DNA of 64,000 nt from IMG/VR virus record IMGVR_UViG_3300021962_000021, positions 124,001 through 188,000 of that record; one strand, written 5' to 3'. Made by a program: the position numbers and the translations under genes. Under the pieces are notes generated by a model that saw only the letters and a program-made list of their open reading frames with translations, ran no database searches and was not told where the DNA came from. Shown here piece after piece: positions 19,401 to 29,500 of the stretch. Position 1 is the first letter of the stretch, and each line of letters begins with the position of its first letter.

Positions 19401-21767
19401 TTATGGAAGTATGTTTACGGACAAGATTCGAATGGTAATGTAAAAGAATCCAATCCTGCAAAAGCTAGAACAAATGAAATATGGAGAAGAATTATAAACA
19501 ACTTACCATATCTTTTAAAACACAAAGGAACAAGAAGAGGTATATATGCTATTATGGCATGTTATGGTGTTCCATCATCAAATCTTTCAATTTTAGAATT
19601 TGGTGGACCGGAAGCACCTAATAGATTTTCAGAAACGGAAGAAGTTGGAACTACAAAATTATTAATGGATAATACAACATATGCATTATCTATGATAAGT
19701 GGTTCAAAATTAGAAGTAGAATGGAAAACCACAAACACAGGTGAAAAACCGAAAACAATAGAAATGTTTTTAAAACCTGCGTATGCACAAAACACAACGA
19801 TAATATCTGGTTCTGCAGGTTGGAATGTGGAAATATCTGGATCAGTTGGTAGTGAATATGGTGTAGTAAAATATAATAGTGGTAGCACAAATTTAATTAC
19901 ATCGGATTCTATTCCAATTTTCAATGGTAGATTTTTTGGATTATGTATTTCATCAGGTTCATCAGGAATTAAAATGAATCTTAAACAAGTAGAAAAAGAT
20001 AGAAATATATTTGAAAATGCATATAGTTCTTCCTTATCTAATAATTTTGGTCCACAAACAAATAAAGTTTATTTTGGGTGGAATTATAGTGGTAGTGTGG
20101 ATGAAATAAGATTGTGGACAACACAATTATCAGCATCTGCTTTCCATAAACACGTTTATTTTCCTGAAGCCGTAAATGGTAACCACATTTCTTCTTCTAC
20201 TGAAGATTTGTATTTCCGTTTAGATTTTGAGTATCCAAAAAATCTAGCATTAACATCTTCTTTGATGAATGTTGATACCAATGTTTATTTTAGTGGAAGT
20301 TTGACAAGAAATGATTACGAAAATAGACCAATATTATCCGCATCTTTATATTCGGAAAATCCTTCACCATTGTTATATGCAACTGCAAGTAACTTTAGTT
20401 CTTCTACAATATATCCATATAATTTTGAAGTAGTAGAAAGAACAATTGCATTGGAAATTCCAAACATTGGTTCTAGTAGATACTCAACTAATAAAGTTCG
20501 TTTTGAAAACCAAACAGATGTATTTGGTAATGATGCATCACTTGGAATTAATCTTTCATCAAAAAGTAGAACAACTAAAAAAGCATTTGACCAATCACCT
20601 GTTGATAGTAATAGAATTGGATTATTCTTCTCTCCAACAAAAGAGATGAATATTGATATTGCAAAATCATTTGGTGGGGTTAATTTAGATAACTATATTG
20701 GTGACCCATCGGATGAATATCGTTCTAACTACAAATCATTAGAAAAATTAAGAAAATATTATTTTAATAGATTTGATGGTAGAGATATTTACCAATATGT
20801 TAATTTAATAAAATCATACGAAAAATCTTTATTTGAGGATATTAAAAAGATGTTGCCTGCAAGAGTTAGAGCAACAACTGGTTTATTGATTGAACCGCAC
20901 ATTTTAGAAAGAAGCAAGATTGAACAAAAGAAACCAACAGGAGCTGAATATCAAAATGAATCTTTAATATCTTATAAAGATGAGTTAGTAACATCGGCGG
21001 AAAACAATCAATTTGAAACTATTATTGAAAGTAATTTATCAAAAGATTTATTTGGTGAAAATAATCAATATGATGCAACAATCTATACGGCATCTTTAAA
21101 TAATACTTCTGCAGAAAATTATCAATATGATACTCCGATATATGTAAATGATGAGTTAAATACCAGTGGAGATTATTATCAAAAAGAAGTTATAATTGAA
21201 ACGGAATTAGATAAAGGTGGAATATTAACAGAAATAGATGTTTATGATATAAATACCATCGCAGGTCAATCTGAATTAGAAACAATTGGATTTGGTATTT
21301 ATGCACAAAGTGGTTCTGCTATTAGAACTTATTTTGATAAAGATGGTAGACGAGTTAAAGAAAGAATTAGAGTTAATTTAGTAACCGAACAAAAACAAAG
21401 AGATATTGTTAAATATAAAGTTGTAATAGGTGGAAAGGGAGACCCTAGAGGTGGGATGGAATTAACATCATCTTTATACACCGAAACCAAACTTAATATT
21501 CAACCATTTAGTGGTTCAGTTCAGCCTGTTGCAACGGGCAATATCATATCGGTAAAACCTGTTAGTGGTTATTTAGGAACACATTATAGAAATACATCCG
21601 ATTTGACAAGAGGATTACAAAATTCATTCTATAAGGGCAGTAAAAACACAGCTGCAACAACATTGGATGGAACTCCGCCTGTTGAAACATTTACAACTAA
21701 TCCTAACACATTGAGAGTAAACAAAGCGGGTAGAGATGCAAGTGAACCAATTTTGGAAATAGAATAA
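16407..21767 (+). CDS. Large baseplate/tail structural protein (1786 aa) with LamG-like segment
   Basis: IINNLPYLLKHKGTRRGI wedge-like motif, YSGSVDEIRLW LamG-like strand, GLLIEPHILERSK; position in the tail module. Confidence 0.65.
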   Translation: MARYYDPNELGGNQIGTPYDGIGDYNPFAGQNLSDLNQFGGGGGGTYIPPVEPNPTFVPPSYVDQNSGSLKINLTSDEPTEFLENDILVGLGSSQTVTYNPSFTFTGPKIYKANIANKISKNYYEISIKRAFPGIRDFNNQDQNIIPFDDISNTPRTLVANNFGFDSNIPQIGRLNFTNIPPDDILGGTPTANDLSYREVIKIQEYILDETSNQYTLGNLSTLPSLNGVVNLNFSFKPKTTGGGGTGDGGGGNGGGGTGDGGGDKTIEYNVEFISNYTSELGEFIKLKYEIVSAANDIVDFGDLKLSVGNIDTKSVKESLLTNGEVNLNIFESYETARLVLNNNNLPEGFSYLKFYWAPKAVAAGNTDYTKWNEVNKFFKVTGKEFASGIVVAALFSKQEREQILKPIINLGDFTKEYQVKDSDSDRTIQIPFSYTNMEYVDVYITDTPIRVPAINRFVELSFAKDFSGVYGNKKIYFVPVNRFGIGNTVEEVIRFTAINDFPSITQITLAESIDVPVFSDLNVEFDVSYNTFAATSVDIFVLNNEKNKIPLLSSQPPNGTFTVNLKTIIEKFLGGKKIDLTFVFLPINRGGEKELIGNEYEITTSVFYPELVLDESTIKTAIFNIISDSLKFNDLGLESKYLTHLVNFGNNEQIIVSSWEEDDWTLSEKVEDEIGNLVVKNKVDSILLKLYSPLPANIGTNSTLWITKLMSNPLIETVVLNEQDVVKCPPIKGPNFSIEVDFVSGKSTAFESLDNLILSASTSSSANLISTYLSSSLINTDELNIEYYSGSNYLTGSLVWDNFVHFSSAKERVDNFVYKIQLIEAYETYIDNSYNVGNSTAELQERERQLLKKNQLINNFDGFEKFLYTSSSLYTNSGSNSITWPYENGVRLLSNTTQVATWYENTIELADNYDSENQNYLKNNIPEYILNNTENDNFLLFFSMIGHHFDNIYYFTKALEKNRGLGYKLKGGMPDKLLFDTLKSFGWDAKNLAVDENLWKYVYGQDSNGNVKESNPAKARTNEIWRRIINNLPYLLKHKGTRRGIYAIMACYGVPSSNLSILEFGGPEAPNRFSETEEVGTTKLLMDNTTYALSMISGSKLEVEWKTTNTGEKPKTIEMFLKPAYAQNTTIISGSAGWNVEISGSVGSEYGVVKYNSGSTNLITSDSIPIFNGRFFGLCISSGSSGIKMNLKQVEKDRNIFENAYSSSLSNNFGPQTNKVYFGWNYSGSVDEIRLWTTQLSASAFHKHVYFPEAVNGNHISSSTEDLYFRLDFEYPKNLALTSSLMNVDTNVYFSGSLTRNDYENRPILSASLYSENPSPLLYATASNFSSSTIYPYNFEVVERTIALEIPNIGSSRYSTNKVRFENQTDVFGNDASLGINLSSKSRTTKKAFDQSPVDSNRIGLFFSPTKEMNIDIAKSFGGVNLDNYIGDPSDEYRSNYKSLEKLRKYYFNRFDGRDIYQYVNLIKSYEKSLFEDIKKMLPARVRATTGLLIEPHILERSKIEQKKPTGAEYQNESLISYKDELVTSAENNQFETIIESNLSKDLFGENNQYDATIYTASLNNTSAENYQYDTPIYVNDELNTSGDYYQKEVIIETELDKGGILTEIDVYDINTIAGQSELETIGFGIYAQSGSAIRTYFDKDGRRVKERIRVNLVTEQKQRDIVKYKVVIGGKGDPRGGMELTSSLYTETKLNIQPFSGSVQPVATGNIISVKPVSGYLGTHYRNTSDLTRGLQNSFYKGSKNTAATTLDGTPPVETFTTNPNTLRVNKAGRDASEPILEIE
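17129..17196 (+). repeat. 32-bp direct repeat (36-bp period) encoding a Gly-rich linker GGGGTGDGGG x2
   Basis: CGGCGGTGGTGGAACTGGAGATGGTGGTGGAG at 17129-17160 and 17165-17196. Confidence 0.9.
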
Positions 21768-21786
21768 ACGGATTTTAAAAATAATT

Positions 21787-21795
21787 ATATTTATA
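21787..21795 (+). promoter_or_regulatory. Putative late promoter ATATTTATA
   Basis: Intergenic, before the ATG at 21818. Confidence 0.55.
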
Positions 21796-21817
21796 AACAA
21801 AAGAATAATACAATACT

Positions 21818-22441
21818 ATGGGATATTTAAGTAATACCGAATTGACAGTTGATGCTATCCTTACTAAAAAAGGTAGAGAAAAATTAGCAGCTGGGCAAGG
21901 TTTAAACATTACACAATTTGCATTGGCAGATGATGAAATAGATTACTCACTTTATGAACCAGCACATCCATTGGGTTCTGCTTATTATGATGCGGCAATT
22001 AAAAATATGCCTGTATTGGAAGCAAATCCTGATGAAACTCAAGTAATGAAATATAAGTTAGTAACTTTACCAAAAAATACTACAAGAATCCCAGTTGTAG
22101 AATTTGGTGTTCCTAATATTTCAGTAAATCAAAGAAGTGGTGAAGTATCACTTTCTCCAACCACATCTCCAGCTGGTAATAGAAGTTTGGGATATACATT
22201 AGTATTAGCAAACAAAAATGCAGGTGATATTGTAGGTGAAGGTGTTTCCGCAGCAGTTGGTTCAGTACCAGTATTTATTGGTGATGATGTATCTGCAACA
22301 GCAGCAATCGCTAAAGGTTTAACTTTCAAATTTATTCCAAACCCATCATTAACTTCGAATATCAGAACAACTATAACTGTTTATGGTAACGAAACGGGTG
22401 GTTCACAAACTATTCCAGTAACAGTAACATACGTTCAATAA
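21818..22441 (+). CDS. Tail/baseplate structural protein (tail-collar-fibre-like N-terminus)
   Basis: LTKKGREKLAAGQGLNITQFALADDEIDY resembles the N-terminus of tail-collar/fibre attachment proteins. Confidence 0.5.
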   Translation: MGYLSNTELTVDAILTKKGREKLAAGQGLNITQFALADDEIDYSLYEPAHPLGSAYYDAAIKNMPVLEANPDETQVMKYKLVTLPKNTTRIPVVEFGVPNISVNQRSGEVSLSPTTSPAGNRSLGYTLVLANKNAGDIVGEGVSAAVGSVPVFIGDDVSATAAIAKGLTFKFIPNPSLTSNIRTTITVYGNETGGSQTIPVTVTYVQ

Positions 22442-22449
22442 TATAAACT

Positions 22450-23691
22450 ATGGCAGTAATAAGAGATAATAGAGGAGCCCTTTTAGCAAGTAATTTATCA
22501 CAATACTTAGCAGGTGCAGCTAACACCGCAGGAACTCCAATTGATTCAAACGAAGTCGTTAGAATCCTTAACCAATTTTTAGGAAGTGGTGAACAAATTA
22601 GCGGTGATATCACTACGATTAGTAATGGTATTTACAAAAAATTTGGTGCAATTGATAAAGTAACCAATAGAACGGAAATCGTAACTTCTGGAATATGGAG
22701 TGGTGATACTGGTTCTTTAGATGTTAAAGCAAACTTTACTTCATCTGCACAAGTTGTCGGTGTATCTGGTAAATATTATTTAGATGTTTATAATTCATTA
22801 ACATCTTCCGATGCAGCTGAAGTTCAATTTTCAATTGGATATGGTGATGTAAACGGATATGGTGCACCAACATTAACGCAAGATGATTCATCAACATTAC
22901 CTACTAAGGCTGTTTATAATCAATTTAAAAACGTATTGTTAGAAAGAACGGATGATTATTTTAGTGTTTACACAGGCTCAACTGCAGGTGGACACAACTT
23001 ACAAAATTTCTACGCAATTAATGTAAATAGAGCAAGATATAAAGAAAGACTTGATCCAGGTAATTTTTCTTTAGTTTTATCTGGTTCTATTAGAAGTATC
23101 ACTTTAATTGATGATAGTGGTGGAACCGATGAAAATGTAACAACTGCAGGAAGAGTTTACAACTTAGTTAGTGGTTCATTAAACATTGGTTCAGCATTAA
23201 CCGCATCAATCAATACATATACCGCATCAAACGGACAAGGTTGGGGATTATTCTATCCAGATATGGGTGTAATATTACTTAACCCATCAGCATTAGCTAC
23301 ATCTGTTGACCCATTCTTAGCACCTGCAAGTTCTTCAATCACATCTATTTATCACCAAAATAATGGTAATAAATCAGGATCGGTTGCATTACTTATGGCT
23401 ATAAGTGGTGGTGCAGATTTCCAAGCAAGAAGAACTGAAAATGTTTCTACATCTCACTACTTCGTAAGAGCAAACAATAGAGAATTTAATTTCTCAAATA
23501 ATCCAACATTCGTAACGGGTTCTATTGGTGAATTTTCGGTATCTAGTTTCGAAAGAGACCCTAAAGTTTACATAACTACGGTTGGACTTTATGATGATAC
23601 AAATGAATTATTGGCAGTTGCAAAAGTATCTAAACCAATTGAAAAATCATTTGATAAAGAAGTTGCAATTAAAGTTAAATTAGATTTCTAA
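22450..23691 (+). CDS. Virion structural protein, paralogous C-terminus with 23767 gene
   Basis: EFNFSNNPTF ... YITTVGLYDDTNELLAVAKVSKPI; Ser/Thr/Gly-rich. Confidence 0.6.
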   Translation: MAVIRDNRGALLASNLSQYLAGAANTAGTPIDSNEVVRILNQFLGSGEQISGDITTISNGIYKKFGAIDKVTNRTEIVTSGIWSGDTGSLDVKANFTSSAQVVGVSGKYYLDVYNSLTSSDAAEVQFSIGYGDVNGYGAPTLTQDDSSTLPTKAVYNQFKNVLLERTDDYFSVYTGSTAGGHNLQNFYAINVNRARYKERLDPGNFSLVLSGSIRSITLIDDSGGTDENVTTAGRVYNLVSGSLNIGSALTASINTYTASNGQGWGLFYPDMGVILLNPSALATSVDPFLAPASSSITSIYHQNNGNKSGSVALLMAISGGADFQARRTENVSTSHYFVRANNREFNFSNNPTFVTGSIGEFSVSSFERDPKVYITTVGLYDDTNELLAVAKVSKPIEKSFDKEVAIKVKLDF

Positions 23692-23716
23692 TCGGAGAAT
23701 AAATTAAAACCCTACT

Positions 23717-23745
23717 AACCCACCTTAATTTGGTGGGTTTTTAGT
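23717..23745 (+). terminator. Rho-independent terminator
   Basis: AACCCACC-ttaattt-GGTGGGTT followed by a T-rich tail. Confidence 0.8.
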
Positions 23746-23751
23746 TTTAGA

Positions 23752-23760
23752 ATATTTATA
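23752..23760 (+). promoter_or_regulatory. Putative late promoter ATATTTATA
   Basis: Directly after the terminator, 7 nt before the ATG at 23767. Confidence 0.6.
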
Positions 23761-23766
23761 TACGAT

Positions 23767-24921
23767 ATGTTAAAAAGAATACCAAAATCAGATATTAGTA
23801 TTAGACCATTCAAAGCTTATAAAGAATGGTCATTTGATAATACATCTGCAGATATTACATTATTAGAAGCTGATGCGGAATCGCAAGCATCATCATCATA
23901 TTTTCCAAAGAAATCTATTTTTGGACAATTAAAGGCACAGTTTTATAATGAGCATATTGATAATCCGTTTTTAAGATTTGGTGCAAAGAGTGTAGATTAT
24001 ACAACCGGATTGGGTTCGGAAAGATATATAAGTAGTTCTGCTAAAATATTATCAATTCCACAAATATATGTGGGTGAAGGAATTAAAAAAGGTTCTGTAA
24101 CTTTGATAGATAACGGTGTATCGTATATAGATGATGGTAACGGAAATTTAATTGGAGCTGCAGGTGACACTGTAAATTTTTCTATATTTAATAATGAAAC
24201 AGGAGATGCAACATTTACTGATTTTTTAAGTAATGTTTACAATATAGTAGTTACAACTATAAATTTTACAACTGGAGTAATTACAGGAACACATTTGGGA
24301 GACCCATTTTCCGCAAATATGGTATCTTTCGATATTCAAACCGGAGATATGTTGGTTGATAATTTTGATTTCTTAGAAGGTGCGGCCGGGTCGGATAAAG
24401 CTGGTAATATTTTTTACAATCAAGGATTAATTGTTTTAACGAGAACAATCAACGATAGATTAAATAGTAATTGGGATTTATCTTTTAAATCGACAAAAAC
24501 AATTTATGAACACGAATATCTGTTGATTGTAAATCCAGATGAATTTAATATATCACAAAACCCATCGGCTGTATCTGAGGTTGGGTTTGAATACCAATAC
24601 ATAACAGGTTCGGATAATAGAATATACAAAGTAAATACAAAAACAGGAGCTAGATACATTAGAAAACGATTGGAATTAGAAAACGGCGATGTATTGGACT
24701 ATAGATTTACATCATCTTATAACGGAACTACTAAAGGTGGATTTGATGATTGGGATTTAAATAGTTCGGTTGATTCAACGGGTTCATTCCTTGCACCATT
24801 TATAACAACAATCGGCTTATACGATGATGATATGGATTTAGTAGCAGTGGCAAAATTACCACAACCAATTAAATCAGAGCCAGATTTTCCTGTGAACTTT
24901 ATTATCCGATTTGATATTTAA
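23767..24921 (+). CDS. Virion structural protein, paralogous C-terminus with 22450 gene
   Basis: EFNISQNPSA ... FITTIGLYDDDMDLVAVAKLPQPI. Confidence 0.6.
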   Translation: MLKRIPKSDISIRPFKAYKEWSFDNTSADITLLEADAESQASSSYFPKKSIFGQLKAQFYNEHIDNPFLRFGAKSVDYTTGLGSERYISSSAKILSIPQIYVGEGIKKGSVTLIDNGVSYIDDGNGNLIGAAGDTVNFSIFNNETGDATFTDFLSNVYNIVVTTINFTTGVITGTHLGDPFSANMVSFDIQTGDMLVDNFDFLEGAAGSDKAGNIFYNQGLIVLTRTINDRLNSNWDLSFKSTKTIYEHEYLLIVNPDEFNISQNPSAVSEVGFEYQYITGSDNRIYKVNTKTGARYIRKRLELENGDVLDYRFTSSYNGTTKGGFDDWDLNSSVDSTGSFLAPFITTIGLYDDDMDLVAVAKLPQPIKSEPDFPVNFIIRFDI

Positions 24922-24924
24922 TTT

Positions 24925-24933
24925 ATATTTATA
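24925..24933 (+). promoter_or_regulatory. Putative late promoter ATATTTATA
   Basis: Intergenic, before the ATG at 24949. Confidence 0.55.
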
Positions 24934-24948
24934 GTAAAACAAAAAGAT

Positions 24949-25158
24949 ATGTCTAAAATTTTAGAATTATACGAAGCAAATAAATCAGCATTGGGTGTTG
25001 ATAAAATTTCATTTGAAGCAGGTGTTAATGCACAAACACCATATACTACCAATGATTTGAAAAAAGCAGATGACCAAGTATTAACTGCTGCAAAATTTAA
25101 AACAGGTAGAGGTGGAGAAGTAAATGAGAAAAAATACTCCGATTCTGTAAAGAAATAA
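24949..25158 (+). CDS. Small hypothetical protein (69 aa)
   Basis: Fills the gap on the coding strand and has its own promoter motif. Confidence 0.7.
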   Translation: MSKILELYEANKSALGVDKISFEAGVNAQTPYTTNDLKKADDQVLTAAKFKTGRGGEVNEKKYSDSVKK

Positions 25159-25164
25159 TTTTCA

Positions 25165-25584
25165 ATGGCTAGAAAAAAAGTTACAAAAAAGAACAATCCT
25201 AAATGGGTTGCAAAAAAGTATGGGTTTAAATCAGGTCTTGAAGAAAACATTTCCAAACAAATTGAAGATAGAGGGATTGAGGTTCAATATGAGTCAGAAA
25301 AAGTGGCTTACACTATACCTGCTTCTGAACATACTTACAATCCTGATTTTAAGTTACCAAATGGAATAAGAGTAGAAACAAAAGGTAGATTTGTTCTTGC
25401 AGACCGTAAGAAACACTTATTAGTAAAGGAACAAAACCCTAATTTAGATATACGATTCGTATTTTCCAATTCAAAGAATAAAATCAACAAAAAATCTAAA
25501 ACTACATACGGAGATTGGTGCGATAAGCACGGATTTAAGTATGCGGATAAAGTAATACCGGATGAGTGGTTTTTAGAACCATAA
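25165..25584 (+). CDS. Holliday-junction endonuclease, T7 endonuclease I (gp3)-like
   Basis: SGLEENISKQ...YTIPASEHTYNPDFKLPNGIRVETKGRF..DRKKHLLVKEQNPNLDIRFVFS..TTYGDWCDKHGFKYADKVIPDEW closely follows T7 gp3. Confidence 0.92.
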   Translation: MARKKVTKKNNPKWVAKKYGFKSGLEENISKQIEDRGIEVQYESEKVAYTIPASEHTYNPDFKLPNGIRVETKGRFVLADRKKHLLVKEQNPNLDIRFVFSNSKNKINKKSKTTYGDWCDKHGFKYADKVIPDEWFLEP

Positions 25585-25587
25585 AAA

Positions 25588-25619
25588 TTTGGTATTTTCA
25601 AATATTTGTTGTATATTTG
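25588..25619 (+). promoter_or_regulatory. Bacteroidota-type sigma70 promoter TTTG-N20-TATATTTG
   Basis: TTTG 25588-25591, 20-nt spacer, TATATTTG 25612-25619; matches the -33/-7 consensus TTTG-N19-21-TAnnTTTG. Confidence 0.65.
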
Positions 25620-26565
25620 GTTTGTGTTGAAGCAGACTGATAAAAATATCGTAATATCTACGCTGTCTAATGCGTTGGGTAGTTATTCCGCATTAAAGGG
25701 TAACGAATTAGCATTTTATTGTCCGTTTTGTAATCACCATAAACAAAAGTTACAAGTTAATACCGAAACTCAAAAATGGCATTGTTGGACTTGTAATAGT
25801 GGTGGTAAAAAATTGACATCCCTACTTCGTAAACTTGATGTGGACAGGAAAACTATATCCATAATCAGAGAAATATACGGAGATAGTAATTGGACACCAC
25901 AGCAAGAAGATGCCGATACAAAGGTATTTATTTCACTCCCAAAAGAATTTATTAGTTTAGCAGAAGAACCAAAAGGGTTTAATCCTGAATATAAGCACGC
26001 TATTCATTACCTTAACGAAAGAGGTATTACACAAAAAGATATAATCAAATATAACATAGGGTATTGTAAAGAAGGATTATATGCCCGTAGAGTAATAGTT
26101 CCATCATATAATTCCGATGGGTCATTGAATTACTTTGTTTCTCGTTCATATTATCCGGAAGAGAAGATGAAATACAAAAACCCACCAATCAGTAAGAATG
26201 TTATAGCATTTGAGTCACAGGTAAATTGGAATGAACCGATTATACTTTGTGAGGGTGTATTTGATGCAATCACAATTAAAAGAAACGCAATTCCACTATT
26301 AGGTAAGTTTCCTTCTAAACAATTAGTTGAGAAAATCTTTATGAGTGGTGTTAGTGATATCATCATCTCATTAGATAACGATGCGATGAGTGAAGCATTG
26401 AAAGCAGCAGAGTATTTTAGAAAGAATGGAATACAGGTTAAAATGATGTATTTAAAAGATAAAGATGCCGCCGATATGGGGTATGAAAAATTCTACGAAG
26501 AACTAAAGAAAACTAAAGAATTTACTTCGGAAGAATTATTGTTAAATAAAATAAAAAGTTTATGA
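25606..26565 (+). CDS. DNA primase (Zn-finger + TOPRIM)
   Basis: CPFC...WHCWTC zinc finger; ILCEGVFDA and LDNDA TOPRIM motifs. True start is probably the GTG near 25624, downstream of the promoter. Confidence 0.9.
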   Translation: MLYIWFVLKQTDKNIVISTLSNALGSYSALKGNELAFYCPFCNHHKQKLQVNTETQKWHCWTCNSGGKKLTSLLRKLDVDRKTISIIREIYGDSNWTPQQEDADTKVFISLPKEFISLAEEPKGFNPEYKHAIHYLNERGITQKDIIKYNIGYCKEGLYARRVIVPSYNSDGSLNYFVSRSYYPEEKMKYKNPPISKNVIAFESQVNWNEPIILCEGVFDAITIKRNAIPLLGKFPSKQLVEKIFMSGVSDIIISLDNDAMSEALKAAEYFRKNGIQVKMMYLKDKDAADMGYEKFYEELKKTKEFTSEELLLNKIKSL

Positions 26566-29500
26566 GTAAATTAAAAACGATTTACCATATTGCGGATGTT
26601 CATATCCGTAACGTGAAAAGACACAAAGAGTATAGACAAGTATTTGAAAAAATGTTTGAGGAAATCCGTAATAGAGGAACGGAAGATGCAATCATTTATT
26701 TAGCAGGTGATATTGCACATGCTAAATTGGAAATGTCTCCTGAATTAGTTAGAGAGATTAGTTGGTTATTTACGGAATGTGCTAAATTGGCACCTACAAT
26801 CCTTATCACAGGTAACCACGATTGTAATATGAACAATTTGGATAGAATTGATGTTCTTACTCCGATTGTTGAAGCATTGAATTTAGATAACTTTTATTAT
26901 TTAAGAGATACACAGGTTTGGAAACATGGTGATACCGCATTTGCTGTTTATTCTATTTTTGATAATAAGAATAATTGGCCAAAAGCAGAGGATATTGATG
27001 CAAAAACAAAGATTGCACTATTTCACGGACCTGTTGATAATTCTATAACGGATGTGGGTTATGTGGTTAGTAGTAGACACTTCACAACGGATATATTTGA
27101 TGGATATGATTTAGCTCTATTGGGTGATATTCATAAAAGACAAGAGATGATTTCTCCAAAAGGTTGTAAGGTAGTTTATGCCGGCTCATTGGTTCAACAA
27201 AACTTCGGTGAAACATTGGATAAGCACGGTTTCCTTATTTGGGATATAGATACCCTAACTTATGAAGCGATTGATATTCCAAATGAGTATGGTTATTATA
27301 CTTTGGATGTAGATAATGGTATAGTTCCGATTGTAAACAATATGCCAAAGCATGCAAGATTGAGAGTTCGTTTATCTAACACCGATACTGCCGATACAAA
27401 GAAAGTATTGACAGAAATTAAGATGAGATACGGACTTGAGGATTTTACAATCATTAGAACAGACTCACTTTCTAAATTAAAGACCGGAAATAGACAAAAC
27501 AAATTAGACTTTGAAGATATAACGGATGTAAACCATCAAAACTCTTTAATACATGATTATGTTAAGAGAATGATGCCATTTGTGACAGATGAAGATTTGT
27601 TCGAATTGGAAACAATTAATAGAGATGTAAATAGTAGAATTGTATTAGATGATGTTGCAAGAAATATCCAATGGAAACCTATCCGTTTTGAATTTTCTAA
27701 TATGTTCTCTTATGGTGAGGATAATGTTATTGATTTCAGTAAATTGAATGGTTTAATGGGATTATTTGCACCAAACGCAAGTGGTAAATCATCTCTATTT
27801 GACTCTATCTCATTTTGTTTATACGATAAGAGTAGTAGAGCATTCAAAGCAGCAAACATAATGAATAATCGTAAGACCGATTTCAAATGTAAATTGGAAT
27901 TCGATATAAATGGTGAAAGATACTTCATTGAGAGAAGTGCTAAAACAATCAACAAAGGAAAGAATGTAAAAGTGGATGTTGAGTTTTACAAAATGGAAGG
28001 AGATGAAAGAACATCACTAAACGGAACGGAACGTAGAGATACCAACGCAATCATTGAACAATATGTAGGAACGTATGAAGATTTCGTTCTAACTGCATTG
28101 AGTTTGCAAGGTAATAATGCCCTATTCATTGATAAATCCCAATCGGAAAGAAAAGATTTGTTAGCACAGTTTATGGGATTGAATATTTTTGATAAATTGT
28201 ATGATACTGCATTGGAAGATATTAGAGAAGTGAGTGTGCTTATCAAAAATTTTAAGAAAACCGACTTTACGACAGAATTGGCGAATAAGGGTATTGAGAT
28301 TAAAGATAGAAAAGGTGAATTAAAAGAATTACAACAACAATTAAATTCTGAAACAAAAATAAAAGAAGGAATTGAAGGTGAGGTATTGAATTTAACAAGA
28401 CAACTTGCACCAATCGACTCTAATTTGGATTTACCTACTTTGGAAGAGAAACGAAAATCAATTGGAAAACAAATTGAAAATTTAGAAACGGAGTATACAA
28501 ATACCGAAACCAAAATAGAAACACACAACGATACTCTTACAGAAATTTCTAAATCAATTGAAGAAAAGAAAACCTTTAATGGTTCGATTGATATAGAAAC
28601 TGCTTATTCAAATTATCAACGAGAGAAAACCAATTTAGTTGAAGCTACAAAAGTTTATGATACTGCAAAACTACATTTAAGTTTAGCAGAGGAAAAGATT
28701 TCACATTTGGATAAACACGAATATGACCCAAATTGTAAATTCTGTTGCAATAATGAATTCGTTAAAGATGCGATGAAAGCAAAAGAAGGATTACCTCAAT
28801 TTAAAGATGTAGTTAAACAGGCGATGATTGATTGTGTGGGTATTCAACAAACATTGGATACTATGGAAGGTGTGGAAGAACAATATAATCAATTGCAAGA
28901 ATTAAAAACAAGATATTCCAAATTGAAAGTGATATTAGAGAAAGCAGAAATGGAATATAAAGGATTGGAAACAAAAGAAGAATTATTACAAACTCAATTG
29001 GATAAAGTCGAAGAAGATATTGAGAAATATTACGAAAACGAAGATACGATTGAAACCAATAAAGAGTTAGAAAAACAAATCAAAGAAAAGGAAACTCTTA
29101 AATCGGAAGTTGATAAGGTAATAAGACAAATTAACAAAGATATAAACGATACAAATAGTGCTATAACGCAATTACAATCGTTTATAGACAACATCAAAGC
29201 AAAGATGGATGAAGTTAAGGATTTGGAAGAAAAGAACCGCCTATACACCTATTATTTAGATGCAGTGAAGCGTGATGGAGTTCCATATGAATTAATTTCC
29301 AAAGCATTACCAGTTATTCAAACGGAAGTAAATAATATATTAGGACAAGTTGTTGATTTCGGAGTTGTAATGGAAGTAGATGGTAAGAATATCAACGCAA
29401 AGATTGTTTATGAGGACCAGGAGTGGGCATTAGAAATGTGTAGTGGTATGGAGAAGTTTATTAGTGGACTAGCTATTAGAGTTGCTTTAATAAACATATG

